Shown here: positions 37,806 through 47,504 of the stretch, in pieces | Layout: every line of letters begins with the position of its first letter | Position numbering within the stretch: position 1 is the stretch's first letter | NCBI GenBank assembly: GCA_038884755.1 | Contig: JAWABJ010000001.1 | Coordinates: 448,001-512,000 of the forward strand | From: Candidatus Norongarragalinales archaeon | GTDB taxonomy: Archaea; Micrarchaeota; Micrarchaeia; Norongarragalinales; Norongarragalinaceae | Reading direction: 5' to 3' | DNA length: 64,000 bases | Program-made: the position numbers and the translations under genes | The notes under the pieces: model-generated | Databases searched by the model: none | Told to the model about the DNA's origin: nothing | What the model saw: only the letters and a program-made list of their open reading frames with translations

Positions 37806-39107
37806 ATGATAAGAGTAATTCTCGGCGGGCAGTGGGGGGATGAGGGGAAAGGAAAAGTTATTGATTATCTCGCATCCCAAGCGCACCTCGTCGCGCGCTT
37901 TCAAGGCGGAAGCAACGCCGGGCATACGGTAGTGCACGACGGGAAGACTTACAAGTTCCACTTGCTTCCTTCGGGAGTGGTGCAGAAAAAACGGAGTTTG
38001 ATAGGCGCGGGCGTGGTTCTCGACCCGCGCGTGCTAATACAAGAAATAAACGAGTTTGGCGGACTGAGCGAAAAGGAATTGGGCATCGACTTCCGAACTC
38101 CAATAATAATGCCGTGGCACGGGCTTTTGGATATTGCCCGCGAAGGCTTGAAGAAAGAAAAAATCGGGACTACCGGCAGGGGTATTGGACCTGCTTACGA
38201 AGAACGCGCTAAGCGCGACGGAATACGCTTTTGCGACTTGGTCGACGAAAGAAAGTTAAAGGAAAAGCTTTCCGAAATCTATCCGTTGCGAAAGAAAAAC
38301 TTGCAAAAGGTTTACGAAGTCGAAGTTCCGGAAGAGCAAAGCATTTTCCTGCAGTACGCGAACATTGGAAAGGAATTGAAGAAATACGCGACAGACGTTT
38401 CGCTTGAGGTTAACAAAGCGTGCGACGAAGGGAAAAGCGTTTTGCTCGAAGGAGCTCAAGGCGTTTTGCTTGACTTGAGCTTTGGGACTTACCCGTTCGT
38501 AACATCTTCACAGCCGATTGCCGGAGGGGCGTGCACTGGCATAGGATTGAGTCCAAAGAAAATCGGCGAAATCGAGGGAGTTATCAAGGCATATACTACG
38601 CGCGTGGGCGGAGGACCGTTTCCCACCGAACTTCTCGGCGAAGAAGAGGAACTCGGAAGCAAAATTCGCGACAAGGGAAACGAGTACGGAACCACGACCG
38701 GGCGCAAGCGAAGGATAGGGTGGCTGGACTTGCCTTTGCTTCGCTATGCGCATAGGTTGAACGGCTTTACCGGCTTTCACTATACGAAGCTCGACGTTTT
38801 GGGGGGGGTGGAAAAGCTCAAGGTTGCGATAGCACACGAGTTTCGAGGCGAGAAGTTCGAAACGCCTTCGACAGAATCCGAGTTTTTGGAAGAGTGGAAG
38901 CCCGCTTACAAGACGCTGGACGGTTTTGAAGAGCTTTCGCGCGAAGAATGGCGGGAGGTCGTTAAGGAAAGCAAGGAAAAAGGGTTGAAAGCGTTGCCGA
39001 AAAACGCGTTCGAATACATCAAGTTCATCGAGGGGGAACTCAAGATTCCTACGAAAACCGTTTCCCTCGGGCCATCAAGGGAAGAAACGATTTTCATCAC
39101 TCACTAG
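37806..39107 (+). CDS. purA: Adenylosuccinate synthetase
   Basis: QWGDEGKGK, GGSNAGHT, IGTTGRGIGP, EGAQG, EYGTTTGR.RR. Confidence 0.96.
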   Translation: MIRVILGGQWGDEGKGKVIDYLASQAHLVARFQGGSNAGHTVVHDGKTYKFHLLPSGVVQKKRSLIGAGVVLDPRVLIQEINEFGGLSEKELGIDFRTPIIMPWHGLLDIAREGLKKEKIGTTGRGIGPAYEERAKRDGIRFCDLVDERKLKEKLSEIYPLRKKNLQKVYEVEVPEEQSIFLQYANIGKELKKYATDVSLEVNKACDEGKSVLLEGAQGVLLDLSFGTYPFVTSSQPIAGGACTGIGLSPKKIGEIEGVIKAYTTRVGGGPFPTELLGEEEELGSKIRDKGNEYGTTTGRKRRIGWLDLPLLRYAHRLNGFTGFHYTKLDVLGGVEKLKVAIAHEFRGEKFETPSTESEFLEEWKPAYKTLDGFEELSREEWREVVKESKEKGLKALPKNAFEYIKFIEGELKIPTKTVSLGPSREETIFITH

Positions 39108-39120
39108 AGGTGCAAAAAAA

Positions 39121-40026
39121 ATGGATTTCATTCACGCAGGAAAAGTCAAAAACGTTTTCGCAGTAAGCGACAGCGAATTGGAATTCGAGTTTTCCAACCG
39201 CGTTTCGGTTTTCGACAAAATCATTCCTTCCGACATTCCGTTCAAGGGCGAAACGCTGTGCCGCACTAGCGCTTATTGGTTTAAAATATGCAACGCGAAG
39301 GGAATCAAGACGCATTTCCTTTCCATGCCTTCTCCCGACAAAATGCGCGTAAAGCGAGTGCAAGTCATTCACGATTACTCTAAGATAAGCCAAAACACGA
39401 GAAATTACCTGATTCCTTTGGAGGTTATCGTGCGTTATTTTGCTTACGGCTCTCTTTACGACAGGATTTTGGACGGGAAAGTAAAGTCAGAACAGCTTGG
39501 ATTTCCTTCGGGCCACCAGGTCAAGAAGGGAGAAGCGTTGCCTTCGCCGTTTTTCGAGGTTACGACGAAGCTTGAAAAGACCGACAGGCCTTTGGACAAG
39601 GAAGAAGCAGTGCGCATAGCAGGGCTTTCTCCGCAAGAGTTCAAGGAGCTCGAGGAAACGACCTTGAAAATTGACGAGGAAATCAACTCGCGCGTGAAAC
39701 AGCGGGGGTTGATTCACGTTGACGGGAAGAAGGAGTTCGCTTTCGACCAGGACAGGGCGTTGATGGTTGTCGACACGTTCGGAACTGCTGATGAAGACAG
39801 GTTTTGGGACTTGGCGGAATTCGAGAAAGGCAATTACGTGGAGAAAAGCAAGGAGTTCGTCCGAAAGCATTACCGCGACACTGGCTACCACGAAGCGTTG
39901 TATTCGGCAAGAAAGGAGGGCAAGCCAGAGCCGGACATTCCGCCCCTGCCTCAAGACATTATAGACAAGACGAGCAAGACGTACGTGGAATTGTTCGAGC
40001 AATTGACTGGAGAAAAGTTCAGGTGA
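39121..40026 (+). CDS. purC: SAICAR synthetase
   Basis: GKVKNV, RVSVFD, IPLEVIVR, VDGKKEF, GTADEDRFW. Confidence 0.92.
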   Translation: MDFIHAGKVKNVFAVSDSELEFEFSNRVSVFDKIIPSDIPFKGETLCRTSAYWFKICNAKGIKTHFLSMPSPDKMRVKRVQVIHDYSKISQNTRNYLIPLEVIVRYFAYGSLYDRILDGKVKSEQLGFPSGHQVKKGEALPSPFFEVTTKLEKTDRPLDKEEAVRIAGLSPQEFKELEETTLKIDEEINSRVKQRGLIHVDGKKEFAFDQDRALMVVDTFGTADEDRFWDLAEFEKGNYVEKSKEFVRKHYRDTGYHEALYSARKEGKPEPDIPPLPQDIIDKTSKTYVELFEQLTGEKFR

Positions 40027-40038
40027 GGTGCGAAAAAA

Positions 40039-40497
40039 ATGAAAAACCGCGTTTACATTTTGATGGGCTCTAAGAGCGATTTGCCGAACGCTGAAAAGGT
40101 AGGCGAAACTCTCAAGGAATTCGGGGTTGAATACGACATTCGAGTGGCTTCTGCCCACCGCACTCCAGCTAAAGTTATGGGCATAGTGGAAGAAGTGGAT
40201 AACGAGGCGGTAGTGCTCGTGGGAGTGGTGGGGTTGAGCAACGCGTTAAGCGGAATGCTAGCTGGCATATCGACGCTTCCGGTTATCACTTTGCCCACAA
40301 CGCCGGAAGACGTTATGGCTTCGCTGCGAATGCCGCCGGGAGTGGCGCACGCGACAGTCCTCGACCCCAAGAATGCTGCGTTAATGGCTGTAAAGATTCT
40401 CGCGCTTCAAGACGCTTCGCTGAAAAAGAAAGTGCGAGAGTTTTTGAGCGCGCAACAAGAACGAATAGAAAAATCCGACGCCGAAGTGAGGAGATAA
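40039..40497 (+). CDS. purE: AIR carboxylase PurE (class II-like)
   Basis: MGSKSD, ASAHRTP, GLSNALSG, SLRMPPG. Confidence 0.9.
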   Translation: MKNRVYILMGSKSDLPNAEKVGETLKEFGVEYDIRVASAHRTPAKVMGIVEEVDNEAVVLVGVVGLSNALSGMLAGISTLPVITLPTTPEDVMASLRMPPGVAHATVLDPKNAALMAVKILALQDASLKKKVREFLSAQQERIEKSDAEVRR

Positions 40498-40501
40498 ACA
40501 A

Positions 40502-40907
40502 ATGTATCCAATTCGCGAACCAAGAATTCGCTCTATCTCAGAATTATTGGGGTATGACGACAATAAAGATTCAAAGCGCACGCTAACAATCAATGAGAAA
40601 AAAATAGTGTACAGCCGCGATAAGGGCAGGTGCAGAGTATGTGATCAAAAAATACCCCTTTGAACAAGCGCAATTCGGGCACGACAAAGCCCACTCTAGA
40701 GGTGGAAGAACTACAGTAAAAAATGCACTAACGCTTCATCCTCATTGCAATACTCTGATGCGAACAAAAAGTTTAGCAAGAATAAGATCTGAACTTGGAA
40801 AAACGGTTAAAAAAGAACGTAAAAAGAAAAGAAAATCTAGAAGTCCATCTCTGTATTCATATCAAGATTTTGGCATCCCAAGAATAAAAATTCCTAAACT
40901 TTACTGA
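40502..40907 (+). pseudogene. HNH endonuclease split by a +1 frameshift
   Basis: Frame 1 (40502-40663) ends ..RDKGRCRVCDQKIPL*; the +1 frame continues FEQAQFGHDKAHSRGGRTTVKNALTLHPHCN. Confidence 0.75.
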
Positions 40908-40918
40908 GTGAATCGAAT

Positions 40919-42463
40919 ATGCCGGCCGCAGTCATTTCCGTTTTCGACAAGATTGGAATAGTGCATTTCGCCAAAGGGATGCATGAACTGGGATTCGAAA
41001 TAATCTCGAGTGGCGGCACCGCGAAAACGCTCAAGGAAAACAAAATCCCGGTTGTCGAAGTTTCGGAATACACTGGTTTTCCGGAAATGCTCGACGGGCG
41101 CGTTAAGACGCTGCACCCGAAAATCCACGGGGGAATCCTCTACAAGCGGGGAGTGAAAGAACACGAAGACAAGGTTCGCGAGCACGGCATAAAAACAATC
41201 GACTTGGTGGTCGCCAACCTCTATCCTTTCGAACAGACGGTTGCAAAGAAAGGCGTTTCTTTCGAAGAGATTATTGAAAACATCGACATCGGCGGTCCTG
41301 CGCTTATACGCGCGGCTGCGAAAAACTTCGAGAGCGTGGGCGTGATAGTCGACCCGAACGATTACGAGGGAATTTTGAAAGAATTGAAGGAAAAGCAAAA
41401 GCTTTCGCACCACACGCGCTCGCAATTGATGAAAAAAGCGTTCGAGCACACGGCATCATACGACGCTTCAATCGCCTCTTTCTTCGCAAGGCACGAGGGA
41501 GGCGCAGGCGCGTTTCCGCAAAAGCTTGTCTTGAGTTTCGAGAAAGCGGCGGAATTGCGTTACGGCGAAAACCCCCACCAGAAAGGGGCTTTGTACCGCA
41601 AGCCGGGAGAACAAACTTATTCCGACTTGCTTGTCCACGGCGAAAAAGAATTGAGCTTCAACAACATTCTCGATGCAGATTCTGCTTTCGCTTTAGTCCA
41701 AGAGTTTGCGAGCGAAAAAATGCACGCTTGCGTCATCGTAAAGCACAACAACCCTTGCGGCGTAGCGTTGGCGAATACGCAAAGGGAAGCGTGGGAAAAA
41801 GCTTTCGCTTCGGACACTATATCGGCGTTCGGCGGCATAGTGGCGTTCAACAAGCCTTTGGAGCATGAAACGGCAAAGAAAATGAACGAAGTTTTTCTAG
41901 AAGTCGTTATAGCTCCGGGTTTCAAGGAAAAGTCTCTAGAAACGTTGAGAGAAAAGAAAAACCTGCGTGTCATCAACTGCGAAGCGCTGGCTGGAAAGCA
42001 GAAGGATTTCGACGGAAAAACGGTTTTGAACGGGTTGTTGTGGCAAAACAACGACAATGTTCTACTCGAAGGGTTTGAAGCGGTTACGAAAAGAAGGCCC
42101 GACGAGAAGGAAAAGCGCGACTTGAACTTCGCGTGGATCGTCTGCAAGCACGTCAAAAGCAATTCCATCGTTCTTGCAAAAGGACTTCAAACGATCGGGT
42201 TGTGCGGGGGGCAGACGAACCGCGTTGATTGCGTGAAAATATCGGGCGAACGGGCTAAAAAATTCGGTTTTGAAACCAAGGGAAGCGTAATGGCGAGCGA
42301 CGCGTTCTTTCCGTTCAAGGACTCGGTCGAGAAAGCGGTTGAGTTGGGCGTCGTCGCGATAATCCAGCCTGGCGGGAGCTTGCGTGACGCTGAAAGCATA
42401 GGCGCTTGCGACGACACGGGCATAGCCATGGTTTTCACAAAGACGAGGCACTTCAGGCATTGA
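40919..42463 (+). CDS. purH: Bifunctional AICAR transformylase/IMP cyclohydrolase
   Basis: GRVKTLHP, ENIDIGG, LRYGENPHQ, VKHNNPCG, ASDAFFPF, IQPGGS. Confidence 0.96.
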   Translation: MPAAVISVFDKIGIVHFAKGMHELGFEIISSGGTAKTLKENKIPVVEVSEYTGFPEMLDGRVKTLHPKIHGGILYKRGVKEHEDKVREHGIKTIDLVVANLYPFEQTVAKKGVSFEEIIENIDIGGPALIRAAAKNFESVGVIVDPNDYEGILKELKEKQKLSHHTRSQLMKKAFEHTASYDASIASFFARHEGGAGAFPQKLVLSFEKAAELRYGENPHQKGALYRKPGEQTYSDLLVHGEKELSFNNILDADSAFALVQEFASEKMHACVIVKHNNPCGVALANTQREAWEKAFASDTISAFGGIVAFNKPLEHETAKKMNEVFLEVVIAPGFKEKSLETLREKKNLRVINCEALAGKQKDFDGKTVLNGLLWQNNDNVLLEGFEAVTKRRPDEKEKRDLNFAWIVCKHVKSNSIVLAKGLQTIGLCGGQTNRVDCVKISGERAKKFGFETKGSVMASDAFFPFKDSVEKAVELGVVAIIQPGGSLRDAESIGACDDTGIAMVFTKTRHFRH

Positions 42464-42534
42464 AAATAAGCGGGTTAAAAAGCGAGGGTTGAGAAAAATA
42501 CTTATTTCTCTCTTTTTTGCGGGGTTGCGTTGAA

Positions 42535-43944
42535 GTGTGCGGCATCATCGGGATTTTGAATTCGGAAGGGAACGACGTAGCAGGCAAAGTGTATACTGGA
42601 TTGCTTGCTTTGCAGCACAGGGGGCAGGATTCGGCGGGCATCGCGTCGTTCGACGGCTCGCGCATTAATTTAAAGAAAGGGCTTGGTCTCGTTTCGCAAG
42701 TGTTTACCGAAGACAACTTGGAAGTGCTGAAGGGAAGCGCGGCGATAGGGCACGTGCGGTATTCAACTTCCGGTTCGACCACTAAAGAAAACGCCCACCC
42801 GTTCATCCTCTCCGTTCCCATCACTCTCGCAACGGCGTTCAACGGGAACGTGGTGAATTACGAGGAACTGCGGAAGGATTACGACGGGAAAGTGGAAACG
42901 AATTGCGACATCGAGGTTTTGATGAAAGTTTTCGTGCAAGAGTACGAGAAAACCAACGACGGCAACGTCGAAAGCGTTTTCAACGCGGTTGAAAAGGTTT
43001 TCAAAGAAGTTAACGGCGCGTACAGCGTGGTGAACGTTTTGGAAGGCGGGCTGCTGGCGTTTCGCGACACGCGGGCCATACGCCCGCTCGTAATGGGAAA
43101 AAGCAAGGACGGGAAAACCGTTGCTTTCGCTTCCGAAACAACGGCTTTCGACGCGCTCGGAATGGAGTTCGTAAAAAACGTGGGTCCAGGCGAAGCGGTT
43201 TTCGTCGATTTGAAAGGAAAAATCCACGAGAAAAAAATAAACGCCAAGCAACCCGCGCATTGCATGTTCGAATACGTTTACTTTTCTCGCCCTGATTCAG
43301 AATTGGACGGCAAGAGCGTTTACGAAACCAGGATTTCCCTTGGAAAAATACTTGGGGAAAGGCTCAAGGGAAAAGGCGACGTGGTGGTCCCGGTTCCGGA
43401 CACTTCGAGGCCGGCTGCTGGAGCGTTGGGTGAAGTCGCAGGCATTCCCACTCAAGAAGGCTTGATCAAAAACCGTTACGTCTGGCGGACGTTCATAATG
43501 CCCACGCAAAAACAGCGCGACAAGGCAATGCAAGTGAAATTGAACGTGAACAAGCCCGTGGTGGAAGGGAAGAACGTGATTCTCGTGGACGACAGCATAG
43601 TTCGCGGAACCACTTCGAGAAAAATCGTAAAGCTCGTGAAGGAAAAGGCGAAAACGGTGCATTTGGTTTCCACTTGCCCTCCGATAAAAAACCCGTGTTA
43701 TTACGGCGTCGACTTTCCCGACGAAGCAGAGCTTATTGCAAATTCCAAAGACATTCCGGAAATACGAAAGGAAGTTGGCGCTGACGAGTTGACTTACGCG
43801 ACCGTGGAAGACTTGAAAAAAGCCACGGGGCTGCCTTTGTGCACCGCATGCATAACGGGAGAGTATCCGACTCACGTTACTGAAAAGTACAAGCAGCAGT
43901 TGCGCGAAGCCAGAAGGCAGGAAAGGGAAAACGCGCGCGGCTGA
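42535..43944 (+). CDS. purF: Amidophosphoribosyltransferase
   Basis: (M)CGIIG N-terminal Cys, LQHRGQD, GHVRYST, CMFEYVYFSRPDS, VDDSIVRGTT. Confidence 0.96.
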   Translation: MCGIIGILNSEGNDVAGKVYTGLLALQHRGQDSAGIASFDGSRINLKKGLGLVSQVFTEDNLEVLKGSAAIGHVRYSTSGSTTKENAHPFILSVPITLATAFNGNVVNYEELRKDYDGKVETNCDIEVLMKVFVQEYEKTNDGNVESVFNAVEKVFKEVNGAYSVVNVLEGGLLAFRDTRAIRPLVMGKSKDGKTVAFASETTAFDALGMEFVKNVGPGEAVFVDLKGKIHEKKINAKQPAHCMFEYVYFSRPDSELDGKSVYETRISLGKILGERLKGKGDVVVPVPDTSRPAAGALGEVAGIPTQEGLIKNRYVWRTFIMPTQKQRDKAMQVKLNVNKPVVEGKNVILVDDSIVRGTTSRKIVKLVKEKAKTVHLVSTCPPIKNPCYYGVDFPDEAELIANSKDIPEIRKEVGADELTYATVEDLKKATGLPLCTACITGEYPTHVTEKYKQQLREARRQERENARG

Positions 43945-43967
43945 ACACGGCGATTGCCGGAGGGTTT

Positions 43968-45275
43968 TTGAAGTTGAAGGCTTTACTCGTAGGCGGCGGG
44001 GCGAGAGAACACGCGATAGCAAAACGCTTGAGCGAGTCGAGCGAATTGAGCGTTGCAATGAAACACAAAAACCCGGGCATCGCGAGAATCGCTAAATCCA
44101 TTTTATTGGAAAGCGAAACGAACGTCGACAGCGTCGTTGCGTTTGCGTTGAAGGAAAAAGCAGATTTCGCGGTCGTCGGGCTGGAAGCGCCTTTGGAAAA
44201 AGGGCTTGCCAACGTTTTGGAAGCGAAAGGCATTCCTTGCGTGGGAGCTTCGCAAAAAGCCGCTTTGCTTGAAACGAACAAATTGTTCTGCCGCCAGTTC
44301 ATGCGAGACAACGGCATAGACTGCATTCCCGACTTTTTCGTTTTCGATGAAGCGGGCGAAGCTCAAGAGTTTTTGAGGGGAATGGAAAAGGCGGTTGTAA
44401 AGCCAGTAGGGCTTACGGGAGGAAAGGGAGTTAAAGTAATGGGCGAACAGGTTTCCAAACAAGAGGCGCTGGATTACGCAAAAGCGCTTGTGGAGAAAGA
44501 CGGAACAGTGCTGATAGAAGATTTTCTCGAGGGTGAAGAGTTTTCGCTGCAAGCTTTCGTCTCAGGCGATGCGGTGGTGGAAATGCCTTTGGCGCAAGAC
44601 CACAAGCGCGCTTTTGAAGGAGACCAAGGCCCTAACACCGGCGGAATGGGTTCTTACAGCGACGCAAACCATTTGCTTCCGTTCGTCACTCTAGAAGAAA
44701 AAAACCAGGCTTTGAACGCAATGAGGCAGACGGTCAAAGCGCTGAAGAAAAGCGGGGTTGAGTACAAGGGCGTGCTTTACGGGCAATTCATGCTCACTAA
44801 GCACGGCCCCAAGCTGGTGGAATACAACGCGCGCTTCGGAGACCCCGAGGCGATGAACGTCTTGCCTTTGCTCGAAGGGGATTTCACGAGATTGTGCTGG
44901 AAAATGATTGACGGAAAGCTGTCTCCAGGCGACGCCGTTTTCGAAAACAAGGCGACGGTAGTGAAATACGCTGTTCCCGAAGGCTATCCCGACCATCCCG
45001 CGAAAGGCGCAGAAATAACCGTTGACGAAAGTAAAATCAATTCTTTAGGCGGTCAAGTGTTTTATGCAATCGTCAGCGAGGAAAACGGGCGGCTTTTGAT
45101 GGGAGGCTCGCGCGCAGTTGCAATTCTGGGAAAAGGCGATTCTATTGCAGAGGCGGAAGGAGTAGCTCAAAAGGCAATCGAAACGGTTAAAGGAAAAATA
45201 TTCTACAGGAAAGACATAGGCACTAACGCGCTCGTGCAAAAGCGAATCGAGCACATGCGCGGGATAAGAGGTTGA
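43968..45275 (+). CDS. purD: Phosphoribosylamine--glycine ligase
   Basis: GGGAREHA, GGKGV, QDHKR..GD.GPNTGGMG, EYNARFGDPE. Confidence 0.96.
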   Translation: MKLKALLVGGGAREHAIAKRLSESSELSVAMKHKNPGIARIAKSILLESETNVDSVVAFALKEKADFAVVGLEAPLEKGLANVLEAKGIPCVGASQKAALLETNKLFCRQFMRDNGIDCIPDFFVFDEAGEAQEFLRGMEKAVVKPVGLTGGKGVKVMGEQVSKQEALDYAKALVEKDGTVLIEDFLEGEEFSLQAFVSGDAVVEMPLAQDHKRAFEGDQGPNTGGMGSYSDANHLLPFVTLEEKNQALNAMRQTVKALKKSGVEYKGVLYGQFMLTKHGPKLVEYNARFGDPEAMNVLPLLEGDFTRLCWKMIDGKLSPGDAVFENKATVVKYAVPEGYPDHPAKGAEITVDESKINSLGGQVFYAIVSEENGRLLMGGSRAVAILGKGDSIAEAEGVAQKAIETVKGKIFYRKDIGTNALVQKRIEHMRGIRG

Positions 45276-45282
45276 ACTGGAA

Positions 45283-46056
45283 ATGAGGGTTGAAGCGGCG
45301 GTTGCGGCAATAGCAATAATCGCCGTAGCGTTTTTCGCGGGTTTCCAAGCCAATTCACTTTCGCAGCCGGCAGGACGGACGGTGTTTTTAGAAGCGTCCG
45401 CAGTTCCGCAGGCTTCCGAAACGGTTGAAATCACCGAGGGCGAAACGCGCGTAATGTCCATAGACGTTCCGGCCGTAGACCGAAACGACAACGGCGTTCT
45501 CGCCAGGTTGAACGTGGAAGCGCGGAGGGGGGCTGGAAGGGTTTACATAGACTACAGCCAGAAAGCGCCTTTGCTCGGCAGTGAAACGCAAAACTCGATT
45601 TTGACTGCGGTTGAAGTGGCGAAAAAAACCACTGGAAAACAGTTGAAGGCAACCAACCTTTACTTTTCCCTTTCCACAGACGCGCAGGAAGTCGGAGGCT
45701 CTAGCGCGGGCGGGTCGGTGGCAGTTGCGACGGCAGCCTTGCTTTCAGGCAGGAAAATCAAGAAAGGGTTCATAATGACGGGAACGGTGGACGAAAACGG
45801 GCGTATAGGCAAAGTCGGGAGGATTTTGGAGAAAGCGCAGGCGGCCAAGAAAGCAGGCTACACCACGTTCCTCGTGCCGCCAGGAGAGTCCAAAATAGAC
45901 GTTGCTGTCGAAAAATGCATCGAAAAAAGAGTGGGCAACGCGCTAATCAAAAACTGCAGCACCGAATTCTACGAGAAAAACGTCGAGGATGAGGCTGGCA
46001 TCAGAATCATAGAAGTGGGGGAGTTCAAGCAGGCGTTCGCCCTGATGACAGAGTGA
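45283..46056 (+). CDS. Membrane-anchored Lon-type (S16) protease domain protein
   Basis: N-terminal TM; GGSSAG catalytic Ser, MTGTV..G.IG.VG.I.EK catalytic Lys. Confidence 0.82.
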   Translation: MRVEAAVAAIAIIAVAFFAGFQANSLSQPAGRTVFLEASAVPQASETVEITEGETRVMSIDVPAVDRNDNGVLARLNVEARRGAGRVYIDYSQKAPLLGSETQNSILTAVEVAKKTTGKQLKATNLYFSLSTDAQEVGGSSAGGSVAVATAALLSGRKIKKGFIMTGTVDENGRIGKVGRILEKAQAAKKAGYTTFLVPPGESKIDVAVEKCIEKRVGNALIKNCSTEFYEKNVEDEAGIRIIEVGEFKQAFALMTE

Positions 46057-46091
46057 ATTTAAACACTCCCGCGCCTAAATTCTTTTCCAGT

Positions 46092-46211
46092 GCGGAGGTC
46101 GCATAGTGGCTATTGCGGCAGCCTGCTATCTTTGCTTTTTTGCTGAAGAAGTAAGGCGGCCAGCTGTTACTCCGATTTTGGGGTGCGCGGGTTCGAATCC
46201 CGCCCTCCGCG
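46092..46211 (+). tRNA. tRNA-Ser(GCT) with a 33-nt intron at 37/38 (46129-46161)
   Basis: Acceptor GCGGAGG/CCTCCGC + G73; anticodon arm GCAGC CT GCT A^A GCTGT; long variable arm; T arm GCGGG TTCGAAT CCCGC; BHB central helix CTGC/GCGG. Confidence 0.9.
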
Positions 46212-46336
46212 CTCTAGAAGGAGAAACCAAGGTTTCTCCGCTCTATTCCTCTTCCTTTACTGCATTCTTAGCCTACAACCTTTTTCCTTTTCCAAACCCT
46301 TTCCCCTACTGCAGTCTCAACCTGGCGCTCTTTCTT

Positions 46337-47473
46337 TTATTTAGAAAGAAGGAAGCTCAACGCAACCGTGGCGTAGCAACCGCTTTCGAGCGAAAAACGC
46401 AGTTTGACGTCCCCACCGTTCGATTCGATAATTTTGAAGTCTGTCATTTCCGCAAAGAAATTCCTTTCGCCGCCCTTGGAACTCAAGAAAGGCATTTGTT
46501 TTATTTTGAAAGAGTCCTGCGAAAGCCCCTCGCGCTCGAGCAAAGCCTTTTCCCTTTCGCCCAAAACCGAATCTCCGCCGACAAGCAAGCCTTTTTCCTG
46601 CAAATTCCAACCGCCTTCCCTCACGCGCTCTTCCAGCATTTCGTTGAAGAGTCTCGATTGAAATGCGTGAATAAACATCAAAACGAAATGCCTAGGCATG
46701 CGTCCAAGCGCGCCCACGAAATCATTAGGGCTTTTTGCTAAATGTTCTAGCATCATGTGTTCGTACTTCAAGTGCTTCGGGAAATGCGCCAGCGCGTCGG
46801 CAAAGTTTTTTTCTTCAGCAAGCGTCTTGCGCGCCGCAACGCTCTCCGCGTCCTTCTCGCCCTCGCTGAAAGACAGGTAATTCAAAACCGCGCCTTGAAA
46901 ATCGCCTTTCAGCAAAAACCCGCCGACTTCCGCCGTGTTCTTGCGCAGCGAACCGAAGCGCTGCAGCCCGAAAAAGTTGGGGAAAACAAAGCCGTGCGAT
47001 TGCGCTTTAGCCAGGATTATTGCAGCATCGGGCTTCACCCCGCAATTCTCTTCGTTGAGAGTTATGGTAAAACGGTTGCCCTGCAAATCTCCCAAACGCA
47101 CTTTCTTGCTTGAAACCCAAGCGCCGTTTATGCGTAAATCCTTTATCCTGCCGTTGGCTTGCATTATGCGGTCTGGGGGGATTGCGAAAGCGCTGCACAA
47201 TTGCGTTGTTATGGCATTCCGGTCTTTGGTGCCCGCGTAGTTGAAGCGTGACGGTTTGGCGTGCAGGAACGACGCTAGTGAATGCAGTGCCTGTTCGGTA
47301 TTCCACGCCTTCTTTTGCAAAACAAAGCGCGTGAAAAAGTTTTTTTGCAAAAGCTCGCTTTGCTTTTGAACTGGCTTGTCTACTTCAAAGATACTGCCGT
47401 CTGCCGCTATCTCCTCTACGACAAATTCTTCAGGCTTGAAGCTGAACTCGATGAATCTGAAAGAACCGTTCAT
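46337..47473 (-). CDS. truD: tRNA pseudouridine(13) synthase
   Basis: F.VEE, YAGTKDRNAIT.Q, GNRF.I, PNFFG.QRFG, F.L..G.YAT. Confidence 0.92.
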   Translation of the reverse strand: MNGSFRFIEFSFKPEEFVVEEIAADGSIFEVDKPVQKQSELLQKNFFTRFVLQKKAWNTEQALHSLASFLHAKPSRFNYAGTKDRNAITTQLCSAFAIPPDRIMQANGRIKDLRINGAWVSSKKVRLGDLQGNRFTITLNEENCGVKPDAAIILAKAQSHGFVFPNFFGLQRFGSLRKNTAEVGGFLLKGDFQGAVLNYLSFSEGEKDAESVAARKTLAEEKNFADALAHFPKHLKYEHMMLEHLAKSPNDFVGALGRMPRHFVLMFIHAFQSRLFNEMLEERVREGGWNLQEKGLLVGGDSVLGEREKALLEREGLSQDSFKIKQMPFLSSKGGERNFFAEMTDFKIIESNGGDVKLRFSLESGCYATVALSFLLSK

Positions 47474-47504
47474 ACGCTCTGAAATAATTGTCCCCGGCGG
47501 ATAT

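Noticed and set aside
46106..46741. 211-aa plus-strand ORF
   Set aside because: It overlaps tRNA-Ser and is antisense to truD; a shadow ORF.
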